Assembly: GCA_963920595.1 (NCBI GenBank)
Contig: OY986946.1
Span: 2,046,001 to 2,110,000 of the forward strand
DNA length: 64,000 nt
Source of the DNA: Eimeria praecox
Lineage: Eukaryota
Direction: 5' to 3'
The notes under the pieces: model-generated
What the model was told of the DNA's origin: nothing
The model's input: only the letters and a program-made list of their open reading frames with translations
Databases searched by the model: none
Part shown: positions 58,784 to 64,000 of the stretch, piece after piece
Position numbering within the stretch: the stretch's first letter is position 1
Layout of the letters: every line of letters begins with the position of its first letter
Translations under genes and position numbers: made by a program

Positions 58784-59184
58784 GAGGCAGCAGCAACTCG
58801 ATCCAGAACGTGCTATAGCGGGTACGTACAACCAGCGCTTCGTCGGTGTTGCTGCTGTTGCTGCTGCTGCTGGCTGCTGCTTCAACTACAGATTGCTGCT
58901 GCTGCTGCTGCTGCTGCTGCCAGAGACTACTGTTGCAGCTTGTTGCTGCTGCACCTCACATGCTGCTGCTGCTGTTAGAGGGTGCCTTTGCAGCTTGCTG
59001 CTGCTGCTGCTGCTGCTGCTGCTGAGTGTGGGGTTCGATGTTGTGTTGGGGTGTATATGCAGCTACAGTAATATTTGCAGCAGCATCTGCTTTGCTGCTG
59101 CCTGCTGCTGCTGCTCCTAAGCGGCAGCTGTCGCGGTTGTTCTTTGAGGCGCTGCAGCTGGCTGCAGCATGGCCTTCTGAAGGG

Positions 59185-59220
<36 letters not shown>

Positions 59221-59246
59221 AGGAGACACCACGGAGAGCCTTGTGG

Positions 59247-59277
<31 letters not shown>

Positions 59278-59449
59278 AAAGCACTGGAGACGGCAACAGC
59301 CTTCGGACAGCAGCAGCCCTTGCTGCAGCGCCGTGTTGCGGTGTCTCTGCAGCTCGCATCTCCTAAGAGACCTTCAGCAGCAATATACAAGATGTGAGTT
59401 GCTGCTGTTGCTGTTGTTGTTGCTGCTGCTGCTGCTGCTGCTCGTGTCG

Positions 59450-59483
<34 letters not shown>

Positions 59484-59578
59484 GAGCACCGCTGCTGCTG
59501 CTGCACATCTTAGTTACAGCAAGAGGCAGACGCACAGGATATGACAGCAGCAGCAGCAGCTGCTGCAGCAACAACTCA

Positions 59579-59612
<34 letters not shown>

Positions 59613-59754
59613 TATTTGCGGTGTCTGCTCAGATTGCTGATGAGGCTGCGGCGCTGCATTCGCTGCTATGCAGCAGCAGATGCCTGGAGACCCCACATTT
59701 GGCAGCTGGAAGCAGCAACAGCAACAGCAGCAGCAGCAGCAGCAGCAACAGCAA

Positions 59755-59790
<36 letters not shown>

Positions 59791-59942
59791 ATAGGTGGTT
59801 TTGTCGAGTCGCTGCAGCGCTGCTGCTCTACATCGCAGACACCAAAGCCGAAGCTGCTGCTGCTGCTGCTGCTGCTGCAACTTCACAGCAACGACAACAG
59901 ACAGAAGAATATGTGGGGAGCTAGCCGCGCGTGCTGCTAGGC

Positions 59943-59975
<33 letters not shown>

Positions 59976-60298
59976 TTCTGCTGCTACATCTTCTGTTGCT
60001 GCGCCTGCTGCTGCTGCATGTGCTGTTTCTGTATTAAATGCTACTGCGTTTGGTGTTGGTAGAGGTGCTGCTCCTGCTGCTGCTGTGTGGATTGCTGCTG
60101 TATTTGCTGCTGCTGCTGCCTCATTTGCTGCTGCTGCTGCTGCTGCATTTGCTGCTGCTGCTGCTGCTGCATTTGCTGCTGCTGCTGCTGCATTTGCTGC
60201 TGCTGCTGCTGCTGCACTTGTGCTGCAGGCTTCAGCAGCTTCATGTCCGCAGGATGCGGAGACACAGCCGCCGCAGCCTCACCAGCAGCAGCAAAAGC

Positions 60299-60331
<33 letters not shown>

Positions 60332-60507
60332 GGTTAGGTTTATTTGAGTTGGCGGCCCCGTTGGTGATGACATGCCCGCAGCTATCTCGTCAGCTGCTGC
60401 CGCTGCTGCTGCTTGCGGTGCTGCGCTGCGGCGGTGAGACAGCAGCAGCAGCACTTGCTGCTGCTCTGAACGAATATGTTTTTAAATATTTTAGAGAGCA
60501 GCTACCT

Positions 60508-60554
<47 letters not shown>

Positions 60555-60639
60555 GGAGCTGCCTGCGGCTCACAGGTCAATAGCTGTTGTTTGTCTACAA
60601 GCGATAGAATTTCTATTGGGGCTTCCTGCTGCAACAGCA

Positions 60640-60670
<31 letters not shown>

Positions 60671-60737
60671 TAGCGAGGGCAGGGAGAAGACAATATGGAG
60701 ACGCCTTGTCGTGTGCTTCTCTTCAGCGGCAGACCCC

Positions 60738-60789
<52 letters not shown>

Positions 60790-61196
60790 GAGGAACAAGG
60801 TTTAATGACCTTCTGGATACACCTGGATGCTGAAGCAGCAGCAGCAGCAGCCCTATCACTAGGACGTGCTGCTGCTGCTGTGTTGTTTGCTGAGCAGCAG
60901 CTAGTTAAGCTGTATAGCGACGCTGCAGCGCCGCTGCAGCAGGGGCTTCGGACTCTAGTAGCGGAGGCACAGCAGCAGCAGCAGCAACAACGAGGTCGTG
61001 TTGCTGCTGCACTGCTACCAGCAGATCCTCCCCCTCTGCTGCTGCTGCTGGTCAGAGCGCATGCAGCAGCAGGAGCAGCAGATGCTGCAGCAGCACATCG
61101 ATGCCTCGAATGCTGGCACGGCTGCTCGGTGCTGCTGGAGGGAGCTACTGCTTCTGGGGATTCTCTAGAGGTCTTGTCGCTGTTCAATATTAAACA

Positions 61197-61237
<41 letters not shown>

Positions 61238-61556
61238 CATCTGCTGCTGCTCCTGCTGCTGCTGCTGATGCTGCTGATGCTATCCCTGAAGCACTAGAAA
61301 AATTGGGGCTGCATGCGCTGCTTGATGCTTATCTTGGGGGATCCTGGAGAGCCCCACAACGTCTAGTAGCAGCAGCAACAACAGCAGCAACAGCAGCAAC
61401 AGCAGCAGCAGCAGCAGCAACAGCAGAAGACTACAATTATCTCGAGGGTTCAGAAGCAGCAGCAGCAACTGCTGCTGCTGCTGCTGCTGCTGGCTGGCTG
61501 CAGCGTAAAGCTTCTTGTCTTTGGCGTCTGCGGCAGTGGACGACCGACTTGGGGGA

Positions 61557-61587
<31 letters not shown>

Positions 61588-61682
61588 GCAGCAGCAACAG
61601 CAGCAACAGCAACAGCAGCACCTGCTTCCTTCCTTACCAACTCCATCCCCGTCAACAACACCATCAGCAGCAGCAGCAACAA

Positions 61683-61733
<51 letters not shown>

Positions 61734-62004
61734 GGCAGAAGGTGCTGCTTTCCTAGCTACTGCTCTTTCGCTGCAGCACGAGGCTCAACGCATGCGCGAC
61801 TGTGGGGCCCTTCGTGTCTGTTTAGTGCTGCAGCAAGCAGCAGCAGCAGCAGCAGACAGATCGTTTGCTGCTGCTATGACACAGCTGCAGCAGATAGCTC
61901 CTTCTACAGATTCTGCTGCTGCTGCTGTTGACTGTCTCGTTCAGCTTCGAATGGCTGCATCAGCAGCATGCACTATTGCTGCTCATTTACCCCGTGAGGC
62001 CTCG

Positions 62005-62063
<59 letters not shown>

Positions 62064-62908
62064 AGGCTCCTGCTGCTGCTGCTGTTGAGGCTTCTGCTGC
62101 TTCTGCTGCTGCTGCTGCTTCTGCTTTTGTTGTTGCGGCTCCTACTTCTGATTCTGTTGCTGCGGCCCTGAAATCCCTGCTGCTGCTGCTGCTGCTTCTG
62201 ATGCTCCTTATTCTGCTGCTGCTGCTGCTGCCGCTGCTGCTGCTGCTGCTGCTTCTGACGCTGCGGATATTGTATTTGCTGCTGCTCGCACATGCTGTAC
62301 TTGCTGCTGTTGCTGTTGGTGCTGCTGCTGTTGCTGCTGCAGGTCGCCTTGCCCTGCTGCAGTATGAGTGGCAGCGCGAGCTACAAGCAGCAGCAGCAGC
62401 AGCAGCAGCAGCAGGGATTGCGGCCCCACAACAGAAAGCGTTCTTGGAGACAATTGAGCCTTTAGGTGCTTTGCAGGTAGCAGCACTTGCTGCATCTTTA
62501 CCAGGTCCTTATGCTGCTGCTGCTGCAACAGCAGCAGCAGCAGAGGATGCTGCTCTTGCTGCTGCTGCTGCTGCTAGACATATGCGAGCTCTAGGCTGCG
62601 CAGCAAGACAGTGTGGGGCTTTGCTACAGAGCCGCCACTGGTTGCTGCTAGCTGAAGAAACACTGCAGCAGCATCTGTTGAAGCTACAGCAGCAACAGCA
62701 GCAGCAGCAGCAGCAGAAGCAGCAGCAGCAGCAACTGCGGCAGCTGTATCCTCTGTTATGTTGCGATTTGTTTGTTATAGAGTGGGATATAACAAAAACA
62801 TTGCATGCAGCAGGAGACAGCAGCAGAGCAATACACCTGGCTCGGCGCCTCTGCCAACCAGCTGCTTGGCCCTTCGCTTTGAAGGAGCTGTTATCGTCTC
62901 CTTTTGAA

Positions 62909-62957
<49 letters not shown>

Positions 62958-63091
62958 GTGCAGGGGCAGCAGGGCGAACGTCTCCTGCTGCTGCTGCTGC
63001 AGCAGCAGCAGCTGCTGTTTCTGCTTCATCAGCATTACGATGGGATAGTGTGGGGTTATTGAGATCTTGTAGCAGAACAGCAGCAGGAGAT

Positions 63092-63143
<52 letters not shown>

Positions 63144-63623
63144 TTTCAGTACGAAGACAGGAGTATCTACAATCTCTGTGTGAATGTCTTTGCTGCTGTG
63201 GAGAATGGTTATATATGGGCTGTTATATAAATGAGGAAGCAGCAAATAAACGATATCTACAGATTGCTGCTGCTGTCTGTCTCCATCTCCAATCTGTTGC
63301 TGCTCATCAAAGACTGGCGCTGCTGCTGCATGATGCGTTAACTGCAGCAGCAGCAGCAGATCAACAAGAAGATATGTTGCTGCTGCTGCAGACACCTGAA
63401 GAGCAGCACGAGTTTCAAAACAAACAGCAGCAAAATATACGAAGACAGCAGCAACTGGCTGCTGATGCTGCTGCTCTTTATTCTTACTGTCTCCGTGATA
63501 GTCAGCTACCGCATGCAGCACTAACTGTGGGGCGTCTGCTGTCTCTTTGGTTTAGTTTTGGGGCTTCCGTACCCAATATAAACATTTCGATTCGACGTGC
63601 TCTTGTTGGTGCTGCTGCTCCTC

Positions 63624-63660
<37 letters not shown>

Positions 63661-63786
63661 AGAGCCAACAGCCCTACGTCTGCGATCAGCAGCAGATCTG
63701 AGACACCTGCTGCCCTTCGTCCCCCAGATCGTCTCACGTCTGGCTGTCTATAAACCCCAACACCAGCAGCAGCAGCAGCAACAGCA

Positions 63787-63830
<44 letters not shown>

Positions 63831-63939
63831 GAGAAGCAGACTTTCAGCAGTGCGTGAGAGAGGTACTTCTTGCTCTGGCGCGTCGAGCACCATTCTCTGT
63901 TTTGCTGCCTCTGATCGCCTTAGAAAAAAATGATAGGAT

Positions 63940-63989
<50 letters not shown>

Positions 63990-63990
63990 C
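44368..63990. repeat. Very dense (CAG/CTG)n trinucleotide repeat field (repeat-rich segment)
   Basis: Very many CAG/CAA and CTG/TTG runs encoding poly-Q/A/S in exons and filling introns. Confidence 0.97.
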
Positions 63991-64000
63991 AGGACCCCAC
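44812..64000 (+). CDS. ATM: ATM/Tel1-like PIKK serine/threonine kinase, many exons, partial (kinase domain beyond window end), heavily interrupted by poly-A/Q/S runs
   Basis: The N-terminus MRGAIQRALAGLSAARSATDYRREMQQV resembles the TAN motif. ATM-like segments occur in the expected order: PLVMTCPQLSRQLLPLLL, FWIHLD...AAVLFAEQ, ALEKLGLHALLDAYLGG, ASCLWRLRQW (60085-62064 ORF). The open terminal exon from ~62964 contains ECLCCCGEWL...RYLQIA, GRLLSLWF, HLLPFVPQIVSRLA and FQQCVREVLLALARRAPFSVLLPLIAL (FAT domain end). Internal exon boundaries are only partly resolved. Confidence 0.8.
47027..47100. repeat. (AGGGTTT)n array in ATM intron
   Basis: Directly visible; a further (AAACCCT)n array is at 51845-51920. 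Confidence 0.95.

Noticed and set aside
44343..62528. Numerous overlapping poly-L, poly-C, poly-A and poly-S ORFs on both strands
   Set aside because: CAG/CTG repeats lack stop codons in all six frames; these ORFs are alternative frames or introns of the ATM gene.
62775..63521. 248-aa minus-strand ORF
   Set aside because: Antisense shadow of the plus-strand ATM FAT-domain exon, which carries the conserved motifs.

Overview
Eukaryotic, intron-rich DNA with the repeat signature of a coccidian apicomplexan, most likely Eimeria sp.: (CAG/CTG)n runs inside exons and introns, interstitial telomere-like (AAACCCT/AGGGTTT)n arrays, the TGCATGCA palindrome, and repeat-rich stretches (~5.9-14 kb, ~38-64 kb) alternating with a repeat-poor stretch (~15-38 kb). 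I built seven protein-coding gene models by hand from splice sites and reading-frame phase. They are polyubiquitin (-, 8 units, cut by the window start), an MscS-like mechanosensitive channel (+, ~13 exons), triosephosphate isomerase (-, 5 exons), a small RIIa-domain RSP11/ROPN1L-like protein (-), an intronless KIF6/kinesin-9 (+), a 20-exon CCDC40 (+), and an ATM/Tel1-like PIKK (+) that runs off the window end. The most unusual observations concern RNA structure and splicing. An intron of CCDC40 carries an antisense copy of an entire CCDC40 exon, inside an inverted pair of telomeric arrays. Several introns have opposite-orientation repeats at their two ends that could pair and bring the splice sites together, one with an apparent compensatory change. 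CCDC40 also needs two GC-AG introns, and three axonemal genes are adjacent. No rRNA, tRNA, CRISPR or recognisable transposon was found. Family calls rest on recalled motifs, not database searches, and all exon models are predictions without transcript evidence.
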